From positions 10,358 through 74,357 of the forward strand of contig QPMI01000298.1 of NCBI GenBank assembly GCA_004431415.1: a DNA stretch of 64,000 nucleotides, given 5' to 3'. Below, piece after piece: positions 24,085 through 36,454 of this stretch. This stretch comes from Cyanophora paradoxa CCMP329. Lineage: Eukaryota > Plantae > Glaucophyta. Both the position numbers and the translations under genes were made by a program. Positions within the stretch are counted from its first letter, which is position 1; each line of letters opens with the position of its first letter. A model generated the notes under the pieces. That model saw nothing but the letters and a program-made list of their open reading frames with translations. It was not told where the DNA came from and ran no database searches.

Positions 24085-24570
24085 ATGAGCAAGAATACAA
24101 ATCAGAGCCGACCGGCGCCGGAGGACGATCGGCCCCGATCGGACTCGGTCGCAAGCGAGGACTCGCTCTGTGAGCCGCCCAATCGTTGCAAGCTTCCCGC
24201 CAATCTCATGCTCCTTGGGACGCAGATGACTGGGCGGCGAACGTCTACAAGCAGGTGCACGACTCAACGGAGGAGCACCTCCACAGCTGGAAGGAGTCGG
24301 CCGATCCGTATATCAAACGTGCAGAAGAGTATGGATCGACCACAATAAAAATGGCGGAGGAGTACGCGGCAATGGCGACTTCCTCCCTCAAGTCCCTCAT
24401 GCCAGAGCGGAGCCCGGAACCGAAAGCGCGGACCGGGGAAGTGTACGGGTCCGCCGCTTTTCGTTTCGGGGACGTGGAATGCGCCTGACAGACTGCACGG
24501 CAGCATCGGCGACCTGGACGACCTGGAGCCCGAGCCCGAGGAGAGCTCGCTGACGAAGCCCTCCGAGTGA
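24085..24570 (+). CDS. Hypothetical protein, 3 exons
   Basis: MSKNTNQSR.../DDWAANVYKQVHD.../IGDLDDLEPEPEE..; GT-AG introns restore the frame. Confidence 0.5.
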
Positions 24571-24888
24571 GCTCCTCCGGACGAGATCGCTATCTTAACT
24601 AGTAGCCGGGCCCCCGTGCCCGCGGAGCTCCTTGTACTATATTCGCAGGCTGGAGCAGGCTAGCGCTTTTGTGGGATCGGGGGTTCGTAGATAGGCGGGA
24701 ACTAGCTATAGCTATAGTCTTCAACTAGACGACTTCGGATTTCAGTGCTAGCGCTAGCGCTAGGAGAATGCTTGTACTCTGCACTTTCTCAACTCTCGAG
24801 AGTCCAATTGCAAACCATCACTCTCAGCTCCTGACCTCGTATGCGAGGGGAGGGGACGGGCGGCGGCAACGGGCCGGCGGGGGCGCGT

Positions 24889-26258
24889 CTAGGAGAGCAT
24901 GTTCTTGATGAACTGGTTGGTGGGGCGGGGCTTGGCCTTGAAGAGGGAGGCGTACGTGGCGCTCGTCTTCGCCTTCTCCTCCACCCGCTTCGCCGCGTCC
25001 GCCAGCTTCCGCCCGATCTCGTCCACCCGCTTCGCCGGCGGCGACGACCCTGCCGCCCCGTCGCGCCCCGCACCGGGGACCCGGGAAATGCGCCGCACCT
25101 TCGGCCCGCCCGGCGACCGCCCCCTCCGCCTTCCGCTTCTTCTCCCCGCCCTCTGCACGGGGCATCAACTCGAGGCAGCAAGGCTTCCAAACCGCACGCA
25201 GAGCTCGCCTTTCGCTATCGCTGCGCCGGCCTCTTTGCTTGACTCTCCCTCGGCCGCTCCGCTCGCTGCGGCTTTCTGCGCACTCCGGTCAGACGGTAAA
25301 AGCAGAAGCGCTGCGGGCCAAAGGGGGGACGCGCCTCGGCGGCCTTGGCGGCCTTTTCTGCGGCGAACTTCTGTTCGCAGATTTGGCGCAGATTCTCCAT
25401 CTCCTCCTTGGTCCCGTTGACGGGCACGACGTCGTCGTCCGTGAAGGGTGTTTCGCAAACCTGCGGCCCGCTACGCTCGCGCCGCGCGGATGAGCAGATA
25501 ACATGCGCCGCACCTGGCACTTCGAGGAAGGAATTTCTTTCATCGCGCGCTCTGCTATCACGTGGCCGCACGTCCAAAGAATATTGAACCTTGAAGGAGA
25601 TTTACGAAATTAAAGGCTGAAGCGCGAGGCGGCGGCCAGGGAGCTATCCACAGCTGCTCACCGGTGCGCGCCGTTCAATTCAAGGAGCGTGATGGGGCAG
25701 ATGTACTGTGAGATGTGCGCCCCGTCCTTGAGGTGCTTCTCGTCGAACTTCGGGTTGGGCGTCAGCTTGCACTGCATCAGATCCTGCTTATGGCCGAGCT
25801 GGTAAGCTCACAAACACAACTGCAAGCGTGAAAGGAGCGGCGCCGCGCCGAGCACCTTCATCTTCCGGACGTGGCGGAAGCCAGCCGGCATCTTTTTGTC
25901 GAGTAGGCACTGAAGGACGGCATCTTTGTTGTATAACATGCCGACTCTACATGCTACTATTGGTTCTACCAGCGGCTTTTCACTGCGGCGCAGGAACGAA
26001 GCGCAAAAACGCATGTGAGCGAGCCTCGGGCGCCGCGGCGCCGCGGGAGAGCGGGGAGGCACACCTGATGGCGCAGGTCGTGTAACGAACGTAGTTGATC
26101 TCGGCTTCCGCTGTCTTCGTGACTTTAGCGACGGCACGCTTGTTGAGCTGCCCGCCCTGCGGAAGGAACCTCGGGTTGACCGCGCACGTGCCTCCGTCGC
26201 CACCCTGCGTGCAGTGAGCGATCCCAGGGTCCAGAGCGCCGCAGGAAGACCGCACCAT
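24889..26258 (-). CDS. RTF2: Replication termination factor 2 (Rtf2/C20orf43)
   Basis: M/GGDGGT N-terminus; TTCAI/SEKPLVEPIVACRVGMLYNKDAVL; YICPITLLELNG; WTCGHVI; C..CETPFTDDDVVPVNGT. Confidence 0.85.
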
Positions 26259-26326
26259 GTTCTTTTTTCCTCAGGGGGTACTGCGGTCAGTGGAGCAGAG
26301 TCGCGCGGCGAAGGTCAAGCGGAGCA
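26259..26326. promoter_or_regulatory. 68-bp bidirectional promoter/5' UTR region between RTF2 and CNOT9
   Basis: Divergent start codons at 26258 (-) and 26327 (+). Confidence 0.55.
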
Positions 26327-27716
26327 ATGGATCCAAACGCAATTTGGGCCACGAATCTGGTGGTCGCCGCCACAGAGACGGCGAGGTTCGCCCGCCGTGG
26401 CGAGCCAGCCCGCCAAAACATGCAGGACTGACCGCCGCGAGCAGCGCGTCAGAGAAGGAGAAGATGTTCCAGCTCGTGCGTGATCCGCCGAATTCGCCCC
26501 CCAACCTGGCCGCGAGCTGTGCCTAGATGAAGATTGCTGACGGCTGGGCCGTGCAGGTGCTGGAGCTAATCAACCCCGAACAGCGAGAGAGCGCTCTCTT
26601 GGAGCTTAGCAAGAAGCGCGAAGCATTCCCAGACCTCGCACCAATATTGTGGCATTCGTTCGGCACCATCGCGGCCCTGCTGCAGGAGGTTCGCCCGCCG
26701 CGGCGCTGCCGAAGCTTCGCAATGATTCACCGGAATGCAGATCGTGTCCATCTACCCGCTCCTGTCACCCCCGGCGCTCACCGCCCACGCCTCGAACCGA
26801 GTGTGCAACGCGCTCGCACTCCTTCAGTGCGTCGCGTCGCACCCGGAGACCCGGACGCTGTTCCTCAACGGTATGCCCTCCCGCCCGCCGCCCGCATTCG
26901 CGCGGCCGGCCGAGCCGCGGCGCCCGCAGCGCACATCCCCCTCTTCCTCTACCCCTTCCTGAACACCGTCAGCAAGACGCGGCCGTTCGAGTACCTGCGA
27001 TTGACGAGCCTGGGCGTCATCGGGGCGCTTGTGAAGGTGCGGGGTGGGCGGGGCGGGCGGTGCGTGGGCGGGCGGGGCCCGACGGGTGGGCCCCCCGGGG
27101 GGGGGCAGATGGACGACTCGGACGTGATCAACTTCCTGCTGTCGACGGAGATCATCCCGCTGTGCCTGCGGATCATGGAGACCGGGTCGGAGCTCTCCAA
27201 GACCGTCGCCACCTTCATCGTCCAGAAGATCCTCCTCGACGAGGCCCGCCGCGCCCCGCCGCGCCCCCCGCCCTCCCGCCGCCGAGCCCTCGAGCAGGTC
27301 GGCCTCTCGTACATCTGCGCGACGGCGGAGCGCTTCTACGCCGTCTCCACAGTCCTCTCCAACATGGTCCTCTCCCTCATCGAGCAGGCCCGCCCCGCCC
27401 CGCCCCACCCCGCCCCGCCCCGCCCCGCCCCGCCCGTGCTCACGCGCGTCGTGCAGCCCTCGGTGCGGCTCCTGAAGCACATCGTCCGCTGCTACCTCAG
27501 GCTCTCGGACAACCCTCGGTGCGCTGCGCCGCCCCGCCCTGGGCGCCGCGCGGGGCGGGGTGAGCGGGGGCGGGCAGGGCGCGGGAGGCGCTGCGGCAGT
27601 GCCTGCCGGAGTCGCTGCGGGACAGCACGTTCGGGGGCGCGCTGAAGGACGACCCGACCACCAAGCGCTGGCTCACCACCCTCCTCTTCAACCTCGGCGA
27701 CTCCCCCGCCCTCTGA
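26327..27716 (+). CDS. CNOT9: CCR4-NOT subunit 9 (Rcd1/CAF40)
   Basis: [13 protein letters not shown]; [14 protein letters not shown]; [21 protein letters not shown]; [19 protein letters not shown]; [19 protein letters not shown]; [10 protein letters not shown]. Confidence 0.97.
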
Positions 27717-28009
27717 CCCCCCCCGCCCCCGCCCCGCCCCCGTCCCCTCCCCCTCCCACGCCTCCGCAACCGCCGCCCGCCGCCACGGCCGTTCCGTCTC
27801 ACCCCCGCCCCGCCTCCGCCCCGCTCGCTTCCACGCGACGAAGTCGAAATCTCACACGAGGTGTGCGAGGGCGTTCCACGAAGGGTGGGGAGGGGCGGGC
27901 GGGGCCAAGGCATCGGTCCCGCGGAGAGCGGAGAGGAAGGGTAACGATAGATGGGGTGGCGAGGAGATTGGCGTGGGGACGATGGGGCGAAGGAGTCCAG
28001 GGTGCGATG

Positions 28010-28960
28010 TCATTCGAACGCCGTTTGCTCGCCCACCGCGTTCGCGTCTGCGAAGCGCGCCGGTGAGACCGGCGTGCGCGGGCGGGGCGGGGCGGGGCGG
28101 GGGCACAAGGGAGGGGCCGCTCGGCGGCGAGGGCGTTGAGGTTCGCCTCGATGACGGCGCGCGGCATCTTGCCGATGGCGTGCCCCAGGTCCTTCCCCGC
28201 CCCGCTCAGGAACTCGAAGTGCGGGATCCCGTCCACGTCGTACCTGCCCCACGCCCCCAGCCCTCAGCCGCTGGAGACCCCGCGGGGGGCGGCGGCGGGG
28301 GGCCGGGGCGCGCTTGTCGATCTCGGCGAAGGTCTGCGGGCTGTCGACGTTCAGCATGACGAAGTTGACCTGCGCGGGCGGGGTTGAGGTGCCGCTGGCG
28401 CAGCCGCGGGGCGGGCGGGCGCCGCCGGGCCTTGTCGCCGAACTTGTCCTCGAGGGCCAGCACGTCGGGGACCATCGCCTTGCACCCGTCGCACCAGTTC
28501 GCGTAGAACTCCAGCACCGTCGGCTTGCCGTTCCCCAGCGCCGCCTCTATGGCCACCGAGCGCTCCGCCAGCGTCCTGCGAGCGCCATCGGCCGCCCGGC
28601 GACGCCGCGCCCGAGTCGGAGCGCTGCGTACTTAAGGGTGGGCGCGTTCCCCGACGGGTTGCTCGCGGCGACGCCGACGACAACTGCCGCCACCGTGGCT
28701 AGCGCCGCGATGAGCGGGCCCTTGCTCGCCTCGCCCTGCACGTGCGAATCAAGTGGGAAGACGGCCCGCCTCCGCGGGGCGCGTGGCGGACAGACCTCGG
28801 CGGCAGCGACGAAGAACGGCTGCGCGCGGCTGCTGCGATCGGCCTGCGCTGCTCTGGGCCGCCGACGCTGGGCTTGCGCCGGCCTCGCCAGGAACGCGCT
28901 CTGCAGAGGAGCTGGCCGCCTTAGCGACGTGAAAGGAGAGAGAGCGACGCTGAAAGCCAT
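28010..28960 (-). CDS. HCF164: Thylakoid thioredoxin-like protein HCF164/TxlA, plastid-targeted
   Basis: MAF transit peptide, one hydrophobic anchor, GKPTVLEFYANWCDGC, VNFVMLNVD, VDGIPHFEFL. Confidence 0.85.
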
Positions 28961-29192
28961 CCCAAGATCACTGGTAGCGCCCGCCTCAAGTCTGCTTTGC
29001 AGAACGTGTACCCGATCTGAAGGCTTCGACGACGTAACAGCCGCTTCGTCGTGTTCGGCGCCAAGCTAATTGAGCATTGCTACGAACGACAGGCAGTCTG
29101 CGACCGCACGCGCCCAGCCTCCTGTTCACGCCGGTCGCTCCGAGCGCCTGCTTCGCGCAGTATTCGTGTATAGGAGAGATACGTCACTCTCG

Positions 29193-29954
29193 ATGAACGA
29201 CCTCCTCGCTTTCCTGTCGCAAGCGGCAAAGGAGCTCGATCTGAACGGAGACGCGGATGTGCAGGGCAAGCTTGCAGAGCTGCAGAGCGTCCTGTCGAAC
29301 CGCGTGCGCGATCCCCGGGCGGTCCTCGGCAAGCGCGCCCTCACGTCTACGCTGCGCGATTCTCCGCAGGACGATGCTGTGCGGCAGGGCAGCAGGAGGC
29401 TCGCGCGCTCGTGGAATCAGCCGGCATCGGCGGCGCCAGTCGATGCCCAATTCGAGGAGAATCTGCTGAGCGAGGCTCGCCGCCGCCGCCGCCCGCCCCT
29501 GCGCGCTCCGCCGGATCGAACCGCGCGTCAGATCGAGAGCGGACTGTCGAAGGTGGAGGACATGCTGAAGGAGGACGCGGCGCAGCAGCGGCGAGCGAAG
29601 GGCAAGACGCCGGCGCAGCTGCGGCGAGCCGAGGCGCGGCGCAAGGCGAAGGACAGCGACGTCCCCGGCCCTGCCGAGGAGGCCCAGCCCGGCGGGGCGG
29701 CGTCGGCGTCGGCGTCGGCTGCGACAGCGGCGGCGGCGGAGGAGGGAGGCTCGGGCGCACGGGAGGGCGGAGAGGGGCGGGGCGGGGAGGGGATGGAGGA
29801 GGAGGGGGCGGAGGGAGTGGAGGCGGGCCCCGCGGCCGGCTTCCTCTCCGCCACAGCGTCCCTCTGGGTTCCCGCCGTCATCGGCAACGGCCCCGCCGGC
29901 TCCACCGCCCAGGGCCCCCCGGGACCCATTGCAGAGGCCGCCTCCGAAGACTGA
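29193..29954 (+). CDS. Hypothetical protein (helical N-terminus, acidic low-complexity C-terminus)
   Basis: ORF MNDLLAFLSQAAKELDL... with probable in-frame introns; divergent from HCF164. Confidence 0.5.
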   Translation: MNDLLAFLSQAAKELDLNGDADVQGKLAELQSVLSNRVRDPRAVLGKRALTSTLRDSPQDDAVRQGSRRLARSWNQPASAAPVDAQFEENLLSEARRRRRPPLRAPPDRTARQIESGLSKVEDMLKEDAAQQRRAKGKTPAQLRRAEARRKAKDSDVPGPAEEAQPGGAASASASAATAAAAEEGGSGAREGGEGRGGEGMEEEGAEGVEAGPAAGFLSATASLWVPAVIGNGPAGSTAQGPPGPIAEAASED

Positions 29955-30100
29955 GATCGTGCGCATGCGGCATTGAAGCTGAGGCGAAATCCAGGCGGGC
30001 AGGACGAAGAGGGAGGCATGGGCCGAAGGAGGCGGGGGGGGAGGGGGGGGAAGGGGAGAGGGGGGGAAGGTGGAGGGGGGGGGGATACAAGCTCTAGCAT

Positions 30101-33100
30101 CTAGGATGACGAAATAACAGAATAGGCCTCGGGGAAAACGAAGTAGTACATCAACGTCTGCGCGAGGAGAGGGGACAAATCAGTGAAGCTCGCGATCGAG
30201 GCGAAGACAGGAGGGAAGTGTGAAGCTTAGGAGGACCTTGCGGTTCAAAAAAAAGGCTGCCGTGTGAGTCGCCGTGCAGAATGTAAAGCCGAGTGTTTTC
30301 GCGTGCTCCCTGCAGGCCGGTGTGGGCGTCGGTGGGGGCGGGAGGGGCGCCGGGGGGGCGGAGAGGGGCGGGAGACCGGAGGAAGCGCCAGGAGGGGGCG
30401 AGGCCGAGGTGGTCGCGGAGGCCGGGGAAGAAGGAGGCGGCGAAGGAGAGCGCGGCGACGACCGCCGCCGTCACCCCCGCCGTCAGCAGCGAGAAGAAGA
30501 TCGCCGAGGCGCAGTCCGCCTCGCTGAAGACCGCCGGGGAGTAGGGGTAGATCTCGGACGCGGGGCCCCAGCGCGCCTGGAGGAACCCTCGCGTTCGGCT
30601 CGAGGTGTGTGAGATGCGCTCGGCGTCTCGCACCACGACCACAGCTGAGACGAAGATCGCCGAGGCGGCCCACGTGACCACGGCATACCAGAGCAGCATC
30701 GTCCTGATGTGAAACGAAATCAGCAACTGAGAGATGCAAGCGGCCCTGCAAGCGGCCCTGCAAGGCCGGCCGCGGCGGACCGAATGCCGTGCTGCACGTT
30801 GTAAACCTGCCCGGGGATCGGGGTGATCATGAGGGCCGGAGTGGAGAGGGAGGAGGCGAGGGGCGAGGCGGGCGGACCCAGAGGTTCTCGTCGGAAGGAG
30901 ACGACGGGTGCAGATCGGGGTCGGTGTCGGGGTCGGGGGCGGGCGCGGGGGGCACGGGGGGCGCCTTGTCGAGGCTTGGAGGGGGAGGGGCGTGGGGGCC
31001 CTCCCGAAGGGCCCCGGGGCGCGGGCTCGTCGACGGCTCGTCGAGCGCTTCCACGAGCACCGAATCCCGCGCCCCCGCAGGCGCCTGAGGGAAGACGCCG
31101 GCCGCACGCTTGCCCCCGCCCCCGCCCGCCTCGTCGTGAGGAATGACAAGGGCGCAGGAATCGACGCCGGCTCGGGAGGGCCGCCTCGGGCCCGCCAGAG
31201 AAGAGTGCGCCGGGGCGGGGATGACCTCCAGAGACGCGGAAGGCGGGGCGGCCGGCGCGGGCTCGGCGTGGGGGCCGCCTTGGGGGGCCGCGGCGGGGGG
31301 CCCGAAGACGGAGCCGGAGCGGGCGCGGAGCCAGAGGACGGCGCGGCGGGCGAAGGGGCGGGCGAAGCGGCGGAGGAGGAGGGAGGAGGGGAGGAGCAGG
31401 GCGAGGAGGTCCGTGGCGAGGCCGGCGAGGTAGACCCACACCGACTGCACCCGGAAGAAGGCCAGCTGCCGGAAGACGCGCGAGAGCAGCCTGCGCTCGC
31501 CTCACCGCAGCGCAGCGGCGCGCCGCGGGCGAGGGCGGGGGCGAGGGGGCGCACAGCATGCTGACGACGTGGATGCCGGCGGCGTCGCCGTGCGGGAGGC
31601 TGGCGAGCAGGGAGCCCCCGAAGAGCCGCAGCTGCGCGAGCAGCACGAGGAAGGAGACCGACGACACGACGAGGTTGATCGCCACCTGCGCCCCGCGCCG
31701 GACTCGGCGACTTTCCACCCCGGGGAGGGGGGTGGGGGGAGGGACCTGGAAGACGGGGGAGCGTAGAGCGGAGAAGAGGAAGAGGTAGCTCATCTGGAAG
31801 AAGAGGACGGAGATGTTGACGGCCTGCGGGGGGGCCCGGAGCTCTCAGCGGCTGCGCGATCGCGAGCGCGATCGCCAGCGGGGGCTCGCGCCTGGAACTT
31901 CCCCACGCCGGAGAAGGCGCGAGCGGGATCGCGGCCGGCAGGCACGGCGTCGCCGGCTGCCGCGGCATCGCCGCCGGCGGCATCCGAGGCGCCGCTGGTG
32001 TAGACGCTCGAGGCGGGGGCGGTGGAGACGCGGCGGAAGATGAGGCGGGCGTGCGCGCGCGCGGCGAGCTGGTTCGCCGGTATGTAGAACGCCAGGATGC
32101 TCAGCGACCCGAACGGGATGCGAGAGACTGCCGCCGGCGCGTGGGCCGACGACGGGAGGGGAGAGCGGGGGGCGGGGCGGGGCGGCGCGCACGGTCGAGG
32201 GCGGCGTCGAGGGCGGCGAAGAGCAGAGCGGAGAGGACGATGACGGAGGTCATGTACGAGGGGACCACTTTCCGGTGGGGGACCCGCAGCAGCGTCGCGA
32301 ACCAGAGCGCCCCTGCTCGACGAGGAAAGGGTCGGAGAAGCTCTCCGCACTGCGGCAGCAGGGGGCGGCCCGCGCGCACCGTTGAGCCCGGCCCCGAAGG
32401 AGCTCATGACGCCGAGGACGAAGAAACGGGCGAAGCGATTGGAGATGGAGTGGTACGGGAGGGCGAACTGAAGGGCCGTGGAGAGGGCGGGGACGAGGAA
32501 GAGGAGGGCCAGGGCGCGGGCGTTCGCGAAGAAGCCGCGCCTGCCCCTGCGGGGCGACCCCTGCGCCATCTCCGTGGCGGCCGCCGGCCTGTACTCGAGG
32601 GCCTGCCGAGCGAAGCGCCACATGTACAGCGCGCGCAGCTCCGCCTCCGACTCCTCCGCCGCCGCCCGCTGCTCCCGCGGCCCCACCGCGGCGCGCGGCG
32701 CCTGCCGCTCCACGCGATCGCTAGTGGCCCGCCGTGCAGTGACCCACGCGCGCTGCCCAGCTGCAGGGCGGCTGCTGGGCGATGCTGGCATCGCCGCCGC
32801 GTCTTCGGCCGGCGCGAGCGACCCGAGGGCGGCTGAGGCGTGCACGCGGCGGGCTGACGTCTGCAGAGCGGATCAGCCGCTAAAGACTGCACAGGGAATC
32901 AGCAGCTTCGCGCGTACCTCAGCATCGTGGACTGTGTGGAGCCGCCGGTTGTACAAACCGCCAGAGCCGCCGGCTGGATCGAAATCCGGATCATAGCTTC
33001 CCATCTCAGGACTAGGGGTCGCTTATCATGGCAAATGACGCCGCGGATCACTGGCTGCGGGGCCGGCGTTTCAGACGGCTGCTCTCGGACGCCGAGTATG

Positions 33101-33226
33101 CAGGCTTCTATGCTGTCTCTGAAGGGAACTACCACTGATCTGGCCGCGACCAACCTGCGCACGATAAATGCCGGCCGCGCACGTACTTCAATGTGCAGCG
33201 TACGCGTTCCGCGGCCGGCGCATCAT
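30101..33226 (-). CDS. Hypothetical multi-pass membrane protein (boundaries uncertain)
   Basis: Several hydrophobic exons (LALLFLVPALSTALQF; VIVLSALLFAALD; VAINLVVSSVSFLVLL; AIFFSLLTAGVTAAVVAAL) separated by typical short introns. Confidence 0.5.
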
Positions 33227-33581
33227 GATCAAACCTGCATCACCCCCCCTCTCCTCCCTCCCGCCCCAGAGTTCGCGTACCCCAACGGCCGGCCACCTGG
33301 CAAAAGAGAGCTCGAGGGGGATTGAAATTTGGATCCGCCGGCACCCGGATCCCGCGCGATGTGCCTCCGCAGCAACTGATGCAGCCGCCGGGGATTCGTA
33401 TGCGTACGATCACTCCCTAGCAAGGCAGAGAAAGAAAGCGGCGCCCGCGCAGCGCCAACGCGAGCTCGAGGCCCGGTGCATACGCAAGCAGCTTCGCCGC
33501 GGTGAAGGACTGCGCACGCGTACGAGTCTCGGGGGTGGCCCGGATGGGGCGGGGATCGGGGGAGCTTCTGAAGCGCTGCAG

Positions 33582-33775
33582 GTCGGATCGTCCTCCTCGC
33601 CCTTTCGGAGATCTTCAAGGCGCAGCTGGTCGTGCACTTTGTGCGGCGCGGCGGCGGCTGGGACTCCCTCGTCGTCGACGCGAAGGACCCTCCGCCGGCC
33701 CCCGAGGAGGGGGAGGAGGGGGGGGAGAAGGCGAAGATGGAGAAGAAGAAGGGGAAGAAGGCGGGGGGGGAGAAG
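33582..33775 (+). pseudogene. Orphan exon-like relic, weakly OTU-like
   Basis: AG/GC-bounded segment RIVLLALSEIFKAQLVVHF...; no traceable flanking exons. Confidence 0.25.
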
Positions 33776-33984
33776 GCGCGTCCCCCACGCACGTCCCGTG
33801 GCCGCGCCCGCGCCGACCTGATCGCTCCCTCCTGCAAAGAGGCCCGCGGCCGGTGCCGCAATTGCGGGCCCTCCTGCATGCTTGCCTCAATCTAGATCTG
33901 TGGCCAGTGGCTGAGATCAGATCGCAAACCCCAAGCGGGTACCTCGCGGGTCTTCTTGGCGGCCTCGGCGGCGGCGGCGGCCGC

Positions 33985-34070
33985 GGCGCGCTTGCGGCTG
34001 CAGCTGGCGGCGGCCTGGCGCGCTTGCGGCTGCAGCTGGCGGCGCGCTTGCGGCTGCAGCTGGCGGCGGC
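33985..34070. repeat. Three copies of the 24-bp unit GGCGCGCTTGCGGCTGCAGCTGGC
   Basis: Copies start at 33985, 34017 and 34041. Confidence 0.9.
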
Positions 34071-34656
34071 TGGCGGGACCGCGTACCCCCCTTCAGCGGG
34101 CCCTGCCTGCGTTGCCCGCAGGCTTGTCGCCCCCGTAGGTGGCACAGACCCAGCTCAAGCTCCTGCGTTGTCCGCAGCTAGCATGCCTGTGTTATCAATG
34201 CGCTTCTGAAGACAATATATGCGCTTAGCATCCCGCGAGGTCGTTCAGAGGGGAGGCTCCTCCGGCGCAGGTCTGCCGGCCGCGATCCTTCTCCCGCGGG
34301 CAGCGGCGCTCTGCTGACACGCGGGGGCGCACTGTCGCGCACAGCGCTCCGGGAGCTACCAGGGGCCCAGACCGCGCTGCCGCCGCCCCCGCCCCGGGCC
34401 GGCGCGCTCGAGGCTTCGGAGGTGCTGGCGAGGCTAGCGCTGCCGCGGCAACCGCCGCCTGCCCTTCAGCTTCCTTCGGGCCATCCGCCGCGCGCCCCAA
34501 CGCTCCCAAGGCACAGCCAGCTCGTGCGTCCCCTCCCTGTGGCAGCCTGCAGAACTCTCCCGACGCCGCCCTGCGCAGGGGGCAGCGTCGAAGGCCGCCG
34601 CAGTGACGGCCACCCTAGCCCGCCCTAGGCCCTTCAGCGGGCCCTCGGCGCTCAGA

Positions 34657-36074
34657 ATGACTGTCGAGCGTCCCGCACTGGCCCCGCCCGCTCACATCGA
34701 TGAGGTCGTCGCGTCGACGTCGAGCGTGCGGCCGGGGGCGGGCGCGCTTCTGGGGGTGCGGGGGTCGCTGACGGGGTCGGGGCGCAGGGGGCGGCGGGGG
34801 CGCTCTGCTCGGAGGCCTTCGAGGCGCTGGGGGTGCGGCGGGGCGAGGGCCCCGGCCTGTTCCTGGAGATGCTGGAGCTGCTGGCGCTGCCGGGGCGGCT
34901 GGGGCTGGAGCGGGGCCGGGTGCTGGCCTTCGCGGGGCGCGTGCTGGGGGCGTACAGCGAGGGGAACGCCTTCCACGGCCCCGCGCACGCCCTCGACGTC
35001 GCCCAGGCCACCTTCCTCATCCTCGCACGCATCCCCGTGCGCCCCGCCCCGCCCCGCCCCGGCGCTGCTCCCGGGGCGCTGGGCGAGGGGCGTCGGGGGC
35101 AGGAGGGGGGCCCCGGGGCGCCCGACGCCGTCGAGCGGGTCGCTCTTATGTGCGCCGCCCTCGCCCACGGTGCCCCCCGCCCCGCCCCCCGCCACCCGTC
35201 ACGCGCCACCCGCCCCCGACCCGGGGCCTGCGGGGCTGGCAGACGCGGGGCACCCGGGCCTCTCGAACTCTTTCCTCCAGCACGCGGGGGCGTGGCCGGC
35301 CGGCGGCGCCCCCTCGCCCCTCGAGCGCGCATCCGCCGCCCTCCTTCTCGCCGCCCTCGCAGACCCCGCGACCGACATCGCGGCGCCGCTCGCCCCCGCC
35401 GCGCGCGCGCGGCTCGCGACGGTGCGAGGGTTCCAGGGCGCAGCCCTCGCGGGCGGCGCAGCTGAGCGGGGCGCTCGCTCAGGTGGCGCGGGAGGCGGTG
35501 CTGGCGACGGACATCGCCCTCTCGGGGGAGTACCTCGCCGCCGTCCGCGCCCGCCTCGCCCCCTTTCCGCGCCGCCTCGCCCCGCACGAGCCCGGCGCCC
35601 GCCTCGATTACCTCGACGACCGCGTGCGCCCTCGCTTTCCCCCCCGCCGCGCCGCGCCGGGGCGCCGGCCGAGGGCGGCGGACGGGGTCGCAGACGCTGC
35701 TGTGCTGCCTGGTGCTGAAGTGCGCGGACCTGGTGAACGCGGCGCGCCCGTGGGAGTCCTCCCAGGCCTGGGCCGCCCGCGTGCAGGCCGAGTTCTACCG
35801 GCAGGGGGCCCTGGAGCGGGCGCTGGGCCTCTCGGAGACGCCCTGGTGCCAGGCCAACGGCGAGCGCGACGGCGGCGCCAGCGGCGTCCAGGCCCGCTTC
35901 GTCTCCTCCCTCTGCCTCCCCCTGTACGAGGCCCTCGCGGCGGCGGCCCCCGGGGCCGGGGGGGCGCTGCTGGGCAACGTGCGGGAGAACGGGGCGCGGT
36001 GGGCGCGCCTCCACGCCGCCGTCCTCGAGGGGGACGCCCTCGGCGCAGCGGCCCTCGCCGCCCCGGGGCCCTGA
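34657..36074 (+). CDS. Class I cyclic-nucleotide phosphodiesterase (catalytic domain only, divergent)
   Basis: FHGPAHALDV; AALAH/DAGHPGLSNSF; VLATD; LKCADLVNAARPW; EFYRQG..E; Q..FV. Start uncertain. Confidence 0.85.
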
Positions 36075-36454
36075 CCCCCGCCCCGGCCCCTCTCCTCCCA
36101 GACGCCCCCGCGCCCGCGTCAAGCGCCCTCCCCACAATTGCAATGTCTTCACGCTTAAGCTCGACGTTTAGATATCCAGGACCGGTACTCGGTTTTTATT
36201 GAGCCTCTCGGGCCCCGGAACTTTGGAATAGTCAGTAGTTCCGACAACCGTGAACTACATTCAGGCTTTTATGAATTTTGATTATTGCCTATCGTGTTTG
36301 ATCCGTAGTCTGCTTGACTGGATTCAAGACTGTGCGCTTCGAATTTTCGAAAGCTCAGTCAAGGCGACGATGGGGATCGAGGGGGTGCCCGGGCGCGGGG
36401 GGCGGGGCGACAGGAAGGGCGGGGCGGGGTGGGCGGCGGGGGCGGGGCCCGGGG

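Noticed and set aside
33985-34070. CRISPR-like array
   Set aside because: Only three units, no unique spacers, no cas genes, eukaryotic context.
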